Shown here: positions 1 to 12,062 of the stretch, in pieces
Numbering within the stretch: position 1 is the stretch's first letter
Layout of the letters: every line of letters starts with the position of its first letter
Assembly (NCBI GenBank): GCA_026023565.1
Contig: JAPETS010000011.1
Coordinates: forward strand, 558,001 to 622,000
Source: Cirrosporium novae-zelandiae
Taxonomy: Eukaryota
Reading direction: 5' to 3'
Length of the DNA stretch: 64,000 bases
Notes under the pieces: generated by a model
Databases searched by the model: none
Told to the model about the DNA's origin: nothing
Seen by the model: the letters and a program-made list of their open reading frames with translations, nothing else
Position numbers and translations under genes: made by a program

Positions 1-519
1 TGGGTCGCATGGCCAGCATGTAGGATACTCAAAGGTTTCATGACAGTCAACAAAATGAGATGGGTTAAGTTTGGATTGAAAAGGGTCGCTATCCGCAAAA
101 TAGATGGGATGCCCGGAGGATATAGTGTTTGTGTCCACTCGAAGGTTGCAGATTCCATTGCTTTTGTTCCTTTTAATATTGTTTTTGGAGAATAATTCTT
201 TGATCGCTAAATCTTTGGCCTGTCGTCCAAGAAAGAATTGAAGGCTTGGATATTGCTCGGAAGGGTTAGTCAGCTCCGCCACAATCGTTTTCATTCGTTT
301 CTCGTCGCGAAGGCATATCTGTTGCCGAACTGCAAGTTGCAACCAGGCAACATGCTCGCAGACAGGCATAATGTGTCGATTAAATTGTTTGTGGCCGATG
401 GGTAAAGAATAATCTGGAATTACTTCAGCATTTATGGATCTGGAAGTTGCTAAATTTAACATCTGGTTGCTCTGGCAGAGCCGTTTCCGACTCCAAGGGA
501 GCTTCGGTTTTGAAGTCAT
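1..519 (-). CDS. N-terminus of a Starship-type patatin-like phospholipase (truncated by window edge)
   Basis: Minus-strand frame open from ATG 519 (or 369) to base 1, absent from the ORF track: MPVCEHVAWLQL...RMKTIVAELTNPSEQYPSLQFFLGRQAKDLAIKELFSKNN...LRVDTNT...PIYFADSDP...CHETFEYP. It resembles N-termini of fungal patatin-like proteins that sit head-to-head with DUF3723. The catalytic domain is not in the window. Confidence 0.6.
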   Translation of the reverse strand, partial: MTSKPKLPWSRKRLCQSNQMLNLATSRSINAEVIPDYSLPIGHKQFNRHIMPVCEHVAWLQLAVRQQICLRDEKRMKTIVAELTNPSEQYPSLQFFLGRQAKDLAIKELFSKNNIKRNKSNGICNLRVDTNTISSGHPIYFADSDPFQSKLNPSHFVDCHETFEYPTCWPCDP

Positions 520-576
520 TTTTAGTTGACACGTTTCAACATAATATCTCAATTTGGGTGAGTTCAGCACATCACT

Positions 577-3074
577 ATGGATGACATTTGCAATGAAAGC
601 CCTATTGACGAAGGGGTTTTCAATGATAGGTATAGTAAATGGTGTGGTAGCGCTAAAGTTGACCTTAGATTTCTAGCATATACCGAAGCCAAGCATGATG
701 CGCGCTGGATCGATGAGAAGAATGTGGAAAGACTGATACAAATATTTCATCTCGAAGGCTGTCACCGACTGGACTTGGAAAACCATGTCCCAGTTTTAAT
801 TAGCGAAGAACAGTTACACCAAGCTCTCTCTCGAGCCCATCTAGCCCGCCAAGACCTGTTGAACTTGAACGAGTTCCCATTCATTACTTTCGAAGACGAT
901 ATCCGTCTTATTTGTATTCATGGAAAACACCGTCTGATTGCCGCCGATAAATTTCTTTGCCCAAGCGAGAAATGGTGGGTTGTCGATTTGTATATTGATG
1001 GTAATGTTCTCTGGTATATATGATGAGTAGAGTGAATAATTAATTATTACTAGGGTTGTTACCACAAACTGTTCGTGACATAGCTGAAGAATATGCCAAC
1101 TCAAAAAACTTTTGCGATGGGGATATATTTCGGAACATTCGCCATCATCAGAGGAATGATAATACCGCGCAAGCAACCAAATGGTTAGCAAGATTATCGG
1201 AAGGCAAAAGACAAGATCTGAAGAGACTGAGGAAAGCAGACGATCTTACAGAGTTGCGCTTGGCCTTCGATAAACTGTTACCTTTTACTGGGCTTTGGCC
1301 TGCTCTTCAGATTGGCACTTTTCACCGCCTCTTAGCTCTGAAATGCCCCGAGGTAAGCATCTCATTCATGAACTACTACCGATCCTAACATGATTTGAAG
1401 GAGCTGTGCCACTACCTGGAAGCAGTTTTCCAGACGTGGGATATTATATTCTTCCACGACGAAAGCTTGAGACCTTTGCTTGATGCAGGGACCGTGTCAA
1501 GTTTGCAAATGAGATGGCCAAAATATTCTCTTGATGATCGCATTCATATTGAAAGCTTAATGCAAGATAGACGCATTTTTCCGGCCATTACTTCAAGGTT
1601 CCTGCGATGCCGAATCTTAGGTCAGTTGCAAAACATACGTTACCGTATACTTAGTCTTTATACATTTTTGGAAGATACAAAATATCTGGAACCTGCGGCT
1701 TTTGCAATGAAAAGGCTGTTGCCTCCAAAGTTCAAAGGCTCAGTCCGAAGCCAGATGCGGATGTGTTATACCGGAAGGAACCAATCCAATGGTAAGCTGG
1801 AATGCCAGGTTTCAGAGTACGATTTCCAAGAGCAAAACATCAATGGACTGGAAGGGATCCAGATCGATCTACGAACCGACCAACTTTTTCTCTATAGTTT
1901 TCGTCATTTTCCTGAAATGAGTGGTATCAATCCCCGGAAAGACAACGGGAAACCCAAACCGCCACCACAGACCATCTGTGAAGAATCGGTAGTGGGGTTA
2001 GCAAAGCTCGCTCAAAGACTAGGATTTGAATCACTTTCAATTGGGCGCGTTGCGGGTCAAAATCCTGATGCCAAAGCTCTCCGAGAGTTTATCTTAAAAT
2101 TACGACCTCCAGACTTATTTGACACTTCGCTTGAAAATATGCAACATATCCTTTCTAGTTTCACTTCATATCTAGAGTCAATAAAACCACGGATGGATCC
2201 AGTTCGGCCGCTATTTTCTTCTAATAATGAACGAGAAGGAGAACCCATCGCACATCGCTGTGGCAGACCTTTTGAGCAGTCTCATCTATACGATAGAAGA
2301 TTTCTGTTTATCTCCAATGTATATGATAATTCTCTCCAACTAGAAAAACGCTTTATTACTTCTTTCGCTATTAAGGTTGATATATTTCAAGCGTTCTTCG
2401 GTAGACGATGGAACTGGCCGACGTGTAGTTCCATGGCTTCGAGGTCTCCCCGAAATGATCAAGGAATCATTCAAACACCTCACAATAGGAATGTAGAAGA
2501 GGCAACACCTGTTGAGTCGTCCGCCAATAGGGTATCATCCCAACCGAGCTCAATAGGGATCACAAATCACGGAAGACATAGCATTTCGCCAATAGCCTCG
2601 TCATCCGACAAGCTAATATATGCTCCTGGCTTCGAGAATTATCCGAATGAAACCCCGTTAGCTCCCATAAAAGGAATTATTGTTTCTGGAGTTTCAACGG
2701 CCGAACGACTACAAAGTTTTTGGAATACCGAACAGTGGCGAGGTTTGTCAATTATCAAGCCAACAGTGCTCTATGACTTCCACCAACATATGTTTTATAA
2801 AGTCATCGATGAGCAGAGCTGGCACACGTTAATATCTACCTATGCAACTGACTACTTCTTTCTGATTGTTATGAAAAAGAAAATTTTCATCATGCCCCCT
2901 CCACTTCTTCGGCTTTCCCACCAGTTGGTCTTTGTGTCAAAAAAAGAAAACTACCATGATTTTTCATCCTCGTCGTTCTTTCATAATAAATCACTCGAAT
3001 TATTCTGCAGTTTCATTGATAACTTGCAAATACCCGCATCGTCATCATATTCTGAGACTCTCCCATTTCTTTAG
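577..3074 (+). CDS. DUF3723 domain protein (Starship-associated), 3 exons, ~798 aa
   Basis: Exons 577-1000, 1054-1352 and 1401-3074 join in frame over GT-AG introns. Motifs NVERLIQIFHLEGC, ICIHGKHRL, WWVVDLY, SLYTFLEDTKYLEP and RCGRPF. Confidence 0.85.
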
Positions 3075-3572
3075 CCTTAGATTTGCCGTTCAACTTATAT
3101 TACCTAGTCTTTATCAGCTGCGCTGGCATGTTGCCCAAAAATGGCCCTTAACGAATTCTAATCGATGCAGTTGTGATCATAAATACGTCAGCCTCGCCTT
3201 CCTATCAATTCCTCTTCATACTCTAACTGGCCCAGAGCCTGAGTGATAGTGTATGTGTCTTATGAGTGATCCCATGCAGATCAACCTATAGACACTCAAA
3301 CTAATCCGGGTTTGTATAAATTGGTCATGCTCTTCCTAACCGAGGGTAGATAGATAGGTTGCCAAAGGCAGTGGCTGGGAAGTCTTGATTTACTTCTTCT
3401 TGGTTGGTGTCCTTCGGTATTCCAAAAGAAAGTAGTCCGTTCGGGTCAATAGCACGGCAGTTATCTGGCGGAATTGGTCATTAGCATAAAAGACTGAGAC
3501 TTTCCACATCTTTTTTCCATCTTCATCCTCTTTCTTTCAACGGCAAGCTCATCTATAGCCATCTATTTAGCG

Positions 3573-4499
3573 ATGGCTTCACACAATCAACAATCGCTAT
3601 ATAGCAGTCTCTACCCTGTTAACGAGGCCGATGGTACGCTCAAAGGATTTACCGGTGCTGGCAGCACGAGTAAGACTATCCCTAACCCCGAATAGAGGGG
3701 GTGACTAAACATTTTACAGATGATCCGTTTATGGAAATCGATAATAGTGATAGCACTGACAGCTCCTGCCGTCGTGAGGATACAGACAATAAAGAGACCA
3801 ATAGTATGTTTAAAGGATTTGCCGGTGCTGGGAGCACGAGTGAGTTTATCCAAACCCCGAATAGAGAGGGTGACTAAATATCTTGCAGACGATCCGTTTA
3901 TAGAAATCGATGATAGTGATGACAGCTTCTGCCGTGAGGATAATGAAATCGAGTCCTACTCCGCTCCCCCAATCCATACTACGAACACGTCGTGCCCCAC
4001 TGGCTGTCGTAGCATTAAATCGGTGCGTGCGGGAAACCGAACCCGGAGGAGAGACCCAGGTGCCCAGGCTGTTACAAATATCAATGATGTAGATCAAAGA
4101 AACCAAGATCACGCAAACGGCGAATGGGAAATTCGGGAGGTGATTAACAAAAGGGTTAAACGCGATGGCAGAATCAGATGGACGGAATATTTAGTGAGAT
4201 GGCATTCAACGTGGGTTAGCGCGGATTATATTATTCGCCTTAAAAACAAAAATTCCTCCCCTTATATAGCCCATACTTTTTGGGGGGCTGGATTCGTCAA
4301 AAGTAAAAAGCTTATGGAAGGAAACAAAGTTTTTTACTACCTGAAATGGAAGCCGACCTGGGTTCGTGCAGAACTGGTAAATGCACCCAATCTCGTGGCC
4401 ACTTTCGAAGTGAACTTGAGGGAGGGAAGGGATGACCATCAAGCTTGGGTAACAAGACAAGAACGTTTGATTCAGCACGGCAGGAGATTATTTTCATAA
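3573..4499 (+). CDS. Chromo-like domain protein (paralog A), 3 exons
   Basis: Exons 3573-3669, 3720-3839 and 3889-4499 join in frame. Contains WEIREVINKR...EYLVRWHSTWV and a second YYLKWKPTWVRAELVNAPNLVATFE segment. Confidence 0.65.
3641..3922 (+). repeat. Tandem duplication (170-bp period) of an exon end, intron and exon start inside chromo paralog A
   Basis: aaaggattt-ccggtgctgg-agcacgagt...gatccgtttat-gaaatcgat occurs at ~3641 and ~3812. Intron donors are at 3670 and 3840. Confidence 0.85.
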
Positions 4500-5769
4500 A
4501 TAAAGTAGGGCGTTTCCGTACCGTTTCTATCGATAGCAAATAACGATCATGTTTTCTATTTATTTTGGTATTTTTGTTAGGGCACATTAGGCTAACCTTT
4601 ACCAACTGAGTCAAAAGACCACAATAATTGAACCAAGGGTTCGATTACGCCTAATACCGCTTATCAAGATAAGAGCAACGCGAGGCGCCCGCGCCACACA
4701 GATTTGGCACGCCGTAACAATTTTCAAGATGGCTTTTACTCTAATAACATTTTCTAAAGCTACGAAAAAACTCTCTAGCAACAAATAGAACCTATTAAGC
4801 TCCTCGTACATAAGTTTATTCATATTCTGTGCCAAGACTAGTAATAGATAGCATACTTTTCATAAAATTCATTTGATATCCTTGCACAAAATAACAATTA
4901 ATGTTCGGGAATATTCCGTGCCAAGACTAGATTGTATAGATTGTCCTTGGTGTAACACACAAAAGGGAGTATCTAGGAAATACTATCACTTATTACGCAC
5001 CCAGTATTTCCTCGAGTAACTATATGTTCACAACAGATAGTACATCTTTATTTTCACCGGGGAGCGCTTCTGCTATCTTTAGGAGCATGCTCATATTGAT
5101 TATTTCCTCAAGGGGTGAGGCGCTTCACCCAGGACTCTGATTGCTCCCAAAAGATATTTTCGGGCTCTTCACTTAATCTACAAAAGAAATCCAGCTAAAG
5201 ATAAAGAAATCACAGCTCTGACAAGTTTTCAATCATTACAACAAACATTCATTTACATTGTTCGTATATTTAATACTATCCTATGATCCGGTTATTAACC
5301 GTAAGCAGAATATGTATATCTTATTCTCCATCAACCTTACTTTCATCCGACTCGTCGATATCAACGGTGATCCAGAGATTCCTAAACGGATTGAACGGTT
5401 GTTCAACCGGAACAACTCCAATTCTATCGCCGCACCTCCAGCTTATAACTCCGAGGAGTACCAAAGAAGTGACGAAAGTAACCTACTTCTCCGGAAAGAT
5501 AGGGAATCGAAGGACGTTTTAGTTATGGATGAAGGGGTCATGAACGATGGAACTATTAAGCCTAGAATAACCCGCGTGTCTCTGCTACGAAATATCTCAA
5601 AGAGGCTTCATAAGAGCAGGAACATCAGGAACATGAGCGTTTGATTTTCATGCTAGCTTTTAATATAGAAGACGCTGGTCGTCTTTCGCTATAGATAACT
5701 TTGCAAATTGAATCCAACCAATACGGTGAAAACTGATGATACCATATAAAATGTAATTTTATATCCTTT

Positions 5770-6167
5770 CAATCTGCAAAGCGTTGCAACTTTGGTGGCT
5801 TATGTGCGAAACTCGATTTGCTATCCATCTTCCTGTGTGAAGCTTGACCCTCTGGAACTATCTTAACATCGAAATCGGTGCATTCTTCACGAAACTGGTG
5901 GCACGCATCCTGACCTAGTCAATATAAGATATATTACATGGAGATCAAACATCATACCAGGCTTTCCTGGGTAGGTGGCCAGCCCTCCTTCCGATTTGAT
6001 CTGTGCACATAATACTTGCCGTTACGGCACAGCAACAGGTAGACATCGGCGTTACAATTAACACTGAGTTCATAGAGCTTATTGAGGATGGTTCGTGTGC
6101 GCTTCCGCCAAGCATCATTCTGTTTTTGCTTAGGAGATTTCTTGATTCGGTCGGCGGATTGTTGCAT
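5770..6167 (-). CDS. Small MADS-box (SRF-like) protein, divergent from the ferric reductase
   Basis: AWRKRTRTILNKLYELSVNCNADVYLLLCRNGKYYVHRS matches the MADS-box pattern. Probable intron after QESL; the 3' exon is uncertain. Confidence 0.65.
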
Positions 6168-6369
6168 GTCGGCGATACAGACGACTTCAAATATGGTGAA
6201 ACGTATAATTGAAAGGATGAATTAAGATGAATTGGAAAATTAATCTCAAGATGGGAGTAAGGGAGCTATGGGCCTCTTTATAGCAGACGTGTAGTCCATA
6301 ATTAGATCACTCCAGCGGTTGTCGCGCGACCTCTTCCAACTATATAGAAAGACCTCCTTCCAAAAAAAC

Positions 6370-8100
6370 ATGGAGCCCAATCCACGATTTACTTTTTCAG
6401 GAATGGATGTTTCTCAGGTGTATGCAATCGCAATAGGCATACTTGTCTTTCTTACAATCTGCCTACGGATTTTGAATATTCTCTTCCTTCACATCCGAGA
6501 GCATATTGCAATATTCCTCTTACATCACCTAGTTTATCCATTTTTAATACCACGTTTATGGTTCTTCAATCCTGTCACTCGTTATGAAATGCTGTTACAA
6601 TTCCTGTATTGGGGTGCCAATGTAGCATGCAACGTTATAGGTGTACACACTGTGGCGCAAGCAGGATCTCGCGCCGGAACTCTCGCAACAATTAATTTAG
6701 TCCCTCTCTTCATTGCATCCAACTTCAGTGTGGCGGCAGATCTTTTAGGAATTTCTCTACGGGGATACACTTGGATTCACAATTCGGTGGGTGTTGTCGT
6801 TTTCCTGCAGGGGCTGGTCCATGTTCTCATCTCCGTCATCGGAACTTCATTATCACTCAATGTTCCTTTTCAGTTATACGGATTTTTGGTAGGAATTCTA
6901 CAACACTGGCCACAAGCTAACAGCTGACGGTTTATATTGTTTAGGCAGCCGTTTCTCTTGGCTTACTTTTTCTTTTACCTCTTTTTAGACGGTCGATGTA
7001 CGAATTGTTTCTGAAATCACACTATCTCTTGGCTTTGCTATTAGCCTATTCATTATGGCGACATTTGACTATTAAAAAGGTCCTTTCTCGCTTTTATGTG
7101 GTTATTGCTGTAAGCGTTTTAGTGATCACGACCGTTCTACAAAGCTTGAAGGTGCTCCATCGAAACCTTGTTTTTGGTAAATCTTTCGCTCGTGCTAAAG
7201 TTATTCGGCACCATGATGCAGCACATATATCCATTTCTATCCCTAGGCGCTGGCGGGTGCGTGCAGGGCAATATATAGATGTATGGATACCGGGCATAAG
7301 CTTTTGGTCATTTTTACAGAAGCATCCGTTCATGATCACATGGTGGACAGCCGGGAGAAATGGAGAGGCAACATCTCTATCTCTTCTATTAAAGGCTCAA
7401 ACAGGGCTTACCAAAAAGCTCATTGATTACTCAGAACCAGAAGAGTCCTTTTTGGTCTGGATCGATGGTCCGTACGGTAGTCCTTTGAACGTAGGGGACT
7501 ATGGAAGCGTTGTTATGTTTGCTAGTGGAATCGGTATTGCTGCACAAATGCCATACATTAAGGAGCTCCTTGATGGCTATCGTAACTGTACTGTCCGAAC
7601 GCGCAGCATACACCTCCTATGGCAGCTGACCAGACAAAGTAAGTGGCCGAATCATAGCCGAAACAATACAACTGATTATAGTACAGCTGATCAAGAATGG
7701 GTTCTGGAATGGATGGATGAGCTCCTTGTACAAGACGAAGGGCCTTATGTAAGCGTGTGTTGGGTACTGTCCAGAGGGAAATTAATGGTTTAACAGATAC
7801 TCCATATTTCCATTTTCGACCCCGATCTTGAACCAGGGGTCAGTGCTAAGCCATATGGCCTTCACAACAGAATCTGGAAGTTTTCGGGTCTAATCGATGT
7901 GCGGCAACAGCTGCTTGGAGCAATTACTTCACAAAAAGGGAGAATGCTGGTCACGGGTAAGAGAACTCGCTTTCTAAGAAACTTGTGCTAACAAAAAAGC
8001 TAGTGTCTGCACACGACGCCATGCGGGATGCGGTACGGAAAGCTGTGAAGGAAAATTCTGATGAAAGGTTACATCTAGTGGACTTAGTGTACCAGCCTAA
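6370..8100 (+). CDS. Ferric reductase / NADPH-oxidase-like transmembrane protein, 5 exons
   Basis: Transmembrane segments with heme histidines (WIHNSVG...LVHV; KSHY...WRH), FAD motif HPFMI, NADPH motifs DGPYG and ASGIGI. GT-AG introns at ~6889-6944, 7639-7687, 7749-7796 and 7957-8003; ends DLVYQP*. Confidence 0.88.
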
Positions 8101-8980
8101 ACATCACCCTCGATTCTGGGGTGGAGGGAGAGTGTAAAATATCTTATTCGGCTACCCTTGTCAAAAATATGCAAATGCTCTGGTAGCATTGCTGCAATAC
8201 TAGAGGCACAGGTATGAAATTGGACGTTCGCCACACACACACAGACTGAATGAGCAACTGTCCAAGAAGAGCTATTCACTTAATGCTTAGAGACTATAAA
8301 CTCCTACTGCATGAGGGAAAACTATTGGAAATATTATGCGAGCTTATAATCCCTATCAATAGAACGCTATAGCTAAATGCTACTTTCTGAGGCGTGTGTG
8401 ATAAGGGATGTTTATTGGATATTGCAATATAGGATAGGTTTCGACGCAATATCCGCGCCCTGCAGAGCGGCAAGCTTTTCACCCAGGATAATTCTAAATC
8501 ACTATATCAGTTGCCTATTAGTGAGTCTTTGTATCTCCACTTTAACTCCTACATGAATTGACAAGGTTGCTTCCAACATACGATATTTTGTATAATAGAT
8601 TTTTTGATTGCGCTTAACTTTAAGATTGATAATACGACTAGAATATAGGTCAAAACAATTGGAATATTCAAGGACCGGGAGTATTTTCCTATAGGCGGTC
8701 AGATCCCTTTCTATTTCTGAAAGCAAGGGGCATAGCTGTGCGCCCTTAAGACGATGAACCCACGCATACAGGTTGGTTTAGGGCACAGACATACGTTACT
8801 GATAAGGTAGAAGTGAGATAAACAAATTTACCATAAAACTAACCAGTTGAGAAATAATGTTTTATCATTTTTCCTGATCATTTTTAGTATAAAAGGATTA
8901 TAATCCAAAACGAATTCCAAATCATTCTTCACCCTTCATTTCACTGCTTTTTCTAAATCATATCCTAGCTTAACACAAAC

Positions 8981-10334
8981 ATGAATATACAGGACCAGTC
9001 TTCGGACTGTACATACCAATTTTTCGAAAAACGGTACTTTAATCAGAATGCAACACTGCTGCCACTGCTAACAAGACTGGAATAGGCTGTCATTAAACCC
9101 GCCATTACTTTCTCCATCACCAATAAGCTTGGTGGCTGGTACTACAAACCTACCTCTATCTTTATCACCACCGCCAACGAACTCAGTAGCAGGTGCTACA
9201 AACCTACCTTTATTACCACCACCAACGAACTCGGTGGCAGGTATTACAGACCTAACTTCACCTCCACCACCGCCAACGAACTCGGTGGCAGGTATTACAG
9301 ACCTAACTTCACCTCCACCACCACCAACGAACTCGGTGGCAGGTATTACAGACCTAACTTCACCTCCACCATCACCAACGGACTTAATGGCAGGTACTAC
9401 AAACCTACCTTTATTACCACCACCAACGAACTCGGTGGCAGGTATTACAAACTTATCTTTATTTCCTCCGCCACCAACGAGCTCGGTGGTAGGTACTACA
9501 AACCTACCTTCATTTTTTCCAACACGTTCGGTGGCAGGTGCTGCAAACCTACCTTTATTACCACCACCAACGAACTCGGTGGCAGGTATTACAAACTCAT
9601 CTTTATTTTTTCCGCCACCAATAAGCTCGGTGGCAGGTACTACAAACCTACTTTTACCACCTCCACATCTACCAGAACTACCATTCCAAAACATAGCAGA
9701 CAATATTTGGCCACCCCCCCAGTACTCCATTATCTCGGAAGCTCGAGAGTATACCGAGTTTGAAAACGATTCCGAACGAGAACCACATTCTGGATGTCTT
9801 CAACTATCTAATCGGACTGTGTACCAAGTAGTTCAGCCTGGATTCCGAATTGAATGGTATCAAAATAGAGTGGTCATTTTTCTTGACCAATATGGAATTA
9901 TAGCTGAACGACTATCATTGGTCGAAGGATTTTATCCAGTCGAATATATTTTTCGCCGGCTAAATGAATTTTGCCATAACGGACTCGAAGATGTTTTCAG
10001 AAAATTATTGTATTGGGCATTGAGCTATGCGTTGAATGAATTGTCTGGAAAGCTTGCCAATCGCAGCACCTTATACTGGGAAAGGCTCCTCTACCGATAC
10101 AAATTTTATCAATGCCTTCTTGGAGCTGTCTCTGATCAGGAAACCTTGTTCTATCATGGATGCACTTCAAGACTCGGTAAGATAGTTAGCTTTACTTGGA
10201 GTGATGTACCCCAGAAGGAAAGGACTCCTCTAAAAATAGGGTTGATAAAAAACAACAACACATTTCAGTTATACCAGATTGATCTATGCTCTTTAAGCAC
10301 GACTGTGGATATAGAGAATAACAAGGCAGGGTAG
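8981..10334 (+). CDS. Hypothetical protein with N-terminal Pro/Thr-rich tandem repeats
   Basis: ORF 9129-10334 has ~10 copies of PPPTNSVAG(I/T)T(N/D)L. A possible short first exon starts at ATG 8981. The stop codon is supplied by an inserted MITE. Confidence 0.5.
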
Positions 10335-10380
10335 GGAATAGACCAGACCGGCTATTTGGTCTGGTCCATTCCCTTCGCTG
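10327..10380. mobile_element. 54-bp hAT-type MITE with 8-bp TSD TAACAAGG
   Basis: Imperfect ~23-bp TIRs (cagggtagggaatagaccagacc / ggtctggtccattcccttcgctg). TAACAAGG occurs at 10319-10326 and 10381-10388. Confidence 0.85.
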
Positions 10381-10479
10381 TAACAAGGGCCTCCTCGTGT
10401 GTACTAATTAACGAGGATAGTGATAGCGTGTATTCAGGCTAGCAACATTCTGGTCCAGCTCCCAATTGCGATTTGGATT

Positions 10480-10708
10480 TTTACCGTGGGTATATTTTTG
10501 GGGTGTTGAGGTTTGTGAGGGATATTGAAAGATGTCGGAGCTCGGCATCTTATTTCGCCTAGATTAGTCATATCATGTAGAGATACGATAAGGCATAGTG
10601 AAATTATATTATCTAAATGTCATGTGACCGACCGTCTCTGGACCGACCAGACCGGTTCTCAGATTTTGACCAAGGGGGTCGGTCTGGTCGGGTCTATTCA
10701 CAACAATG
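10480..10708 (-). mobile_element. Degenerate partial copy of the CAGTGTTG hAT-MITE family
   Basis: The reverse complement matches 22659-22950 (gaccagaccg motifs, ggtcacatgaca, gataatataa, ccccaaaaatataccc). Only one end is recognisable. Confidence 0.7.
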
Positions 10709-11513
10709 GTTAAGGTTCAGAGGTAATAAATTTTCGGCAAAGAAGTCGCTGGGTGTCCATCCTTTTCTGCCGATTAGAGTAGACTCAGTTACAGGTGGGA
10801 TGTACCGTATAAGGTTCGAGATCTGCCCATCCCACATATTCACTCTGTTACAAGGATTTTGATCCCGTAAGTGATAGCGTTTTTCGCGAGAATTGGATCG
10901 TAAAAGCGGCCTCGTCATATGAGTTCCATGGCATGCCCATTTTATCAAGCGCTTTTCCTGGTGCCTTAGCCGCATAATTAATCCTCGAGGTTTTAACTAT
11001 CACCATCTCCTTTGTTGCTTTATACCTATATTTCCTCGGTTTCTCGCTTTCCTTTTTGGAGTAATTGTCGAGGTGCAAGCATTCTCTCCACGTGCGATGA
11101 TTATTTTATGAATGCGATAGAGCTAGAAGAGTGGAAAGAGTTTGAAGGAAAAGCTACAAAGCCTTTCTAACTTATTTATTTCTCTTTGTCTATTCATAAA
11201 CTACTTCTGATACTAGTGACCCATATCTACTCACTCTTCTAAGAGATCCATCCAATTCTTTAGCAATCAAGCGAAGCAAGCAGCCCCCATTCCGTACCCG
11301 GTAGCCGTATGACCTGGCGGAACAGCACACACGAGGATTCAAAGCATATTCCCGCCAATCTTTTTATTTTTCATATTTTCATAGGAAATATTTGGTCTGA
11401 GAGCGAAACCTAACTTATGAATGGTTTGAATATACTATTACCCAAGTGCTTAAGAGATCAAAATTTAAGTGAGCTACAAAGTTGATTCCTAACAACAGTT
11501 CCGTTTAACTTCA

Positions 11514-12062
11514 CTAGATCGGATATATACATTCACAAGTTCCTTCGACCAATGATATTACAGGGATTTCACACCTCTTCACATCACCTTTATCTGTAGA
11601 TATGGTGAAAAAAAAGCTTTCTCCCCCATTTGTCCAGCTAAATTCCTTAACCCAACCATTTAGCTTACCTGTGCTATCATTCATGCTGACATAACCGTTC
11701 CTGACAAAAGCATAAAGACACTTGTACCAGTGAGACTTATACTTAAGTACGCTCATATCAGTTTGTCTCAATCCTGATTTTAATCGTTGCTGACAATCCA
11801 AATATCCCCTCATTAATGGTTCCGTAAGCGTTTTTTTGACTTTGTTGATTGTATCAATCGAAGCATTGGTCGATTGAATTCTTCCAATCACAGATTCAGC
11901 TGAGTATAACCCGCCTGATTGGAAGCCACATTCCTTAGCGTTTTTGACCCCTAGGCCAACCACTACTTTCATATAGCGGTAATAATAATCGCCTATACAA
12001 TCGAGGAAAACGTGATCTTTATAGAGTATAATTTGGTCTAGGAAAGGCTCTTTGAATTTCAT
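11514..12062 (-). CDS. Hypothetical protein (182 aa)
   Basis: ATG-started ORF with protein-like composition; no family recognised. Confidence 0.4.
   Translation of the reverse strand: MKFKEPFLDQIILYKDHVFLDCIGDYYYRYMKVVVGLGVKNAKECGFQSGGLYSAESVIGRIQSTNASIDTINKVKKTLTEPLMRGYLDCQQRLKSGLRQTDMSVLKYKSHWYKCLYAFVRNGYVSMNDSTGKLNGWVKEFSWTNGGESFFFTISTDKGDVKRCEIPVISLVEGTCECIYPI

Noticed and set aside
4823..4930. 19-bp direct repeat tatt(c)ygtgccaagactag as an element boundary
   Set aside because: It is a short local duplication with no TIRs or other supporting structure.
9068..9730. Gly-rich minus-strand ORF
   Set aside because: It is the antisense shadow of the Pro-rich repeat in ORF 9129-10334.
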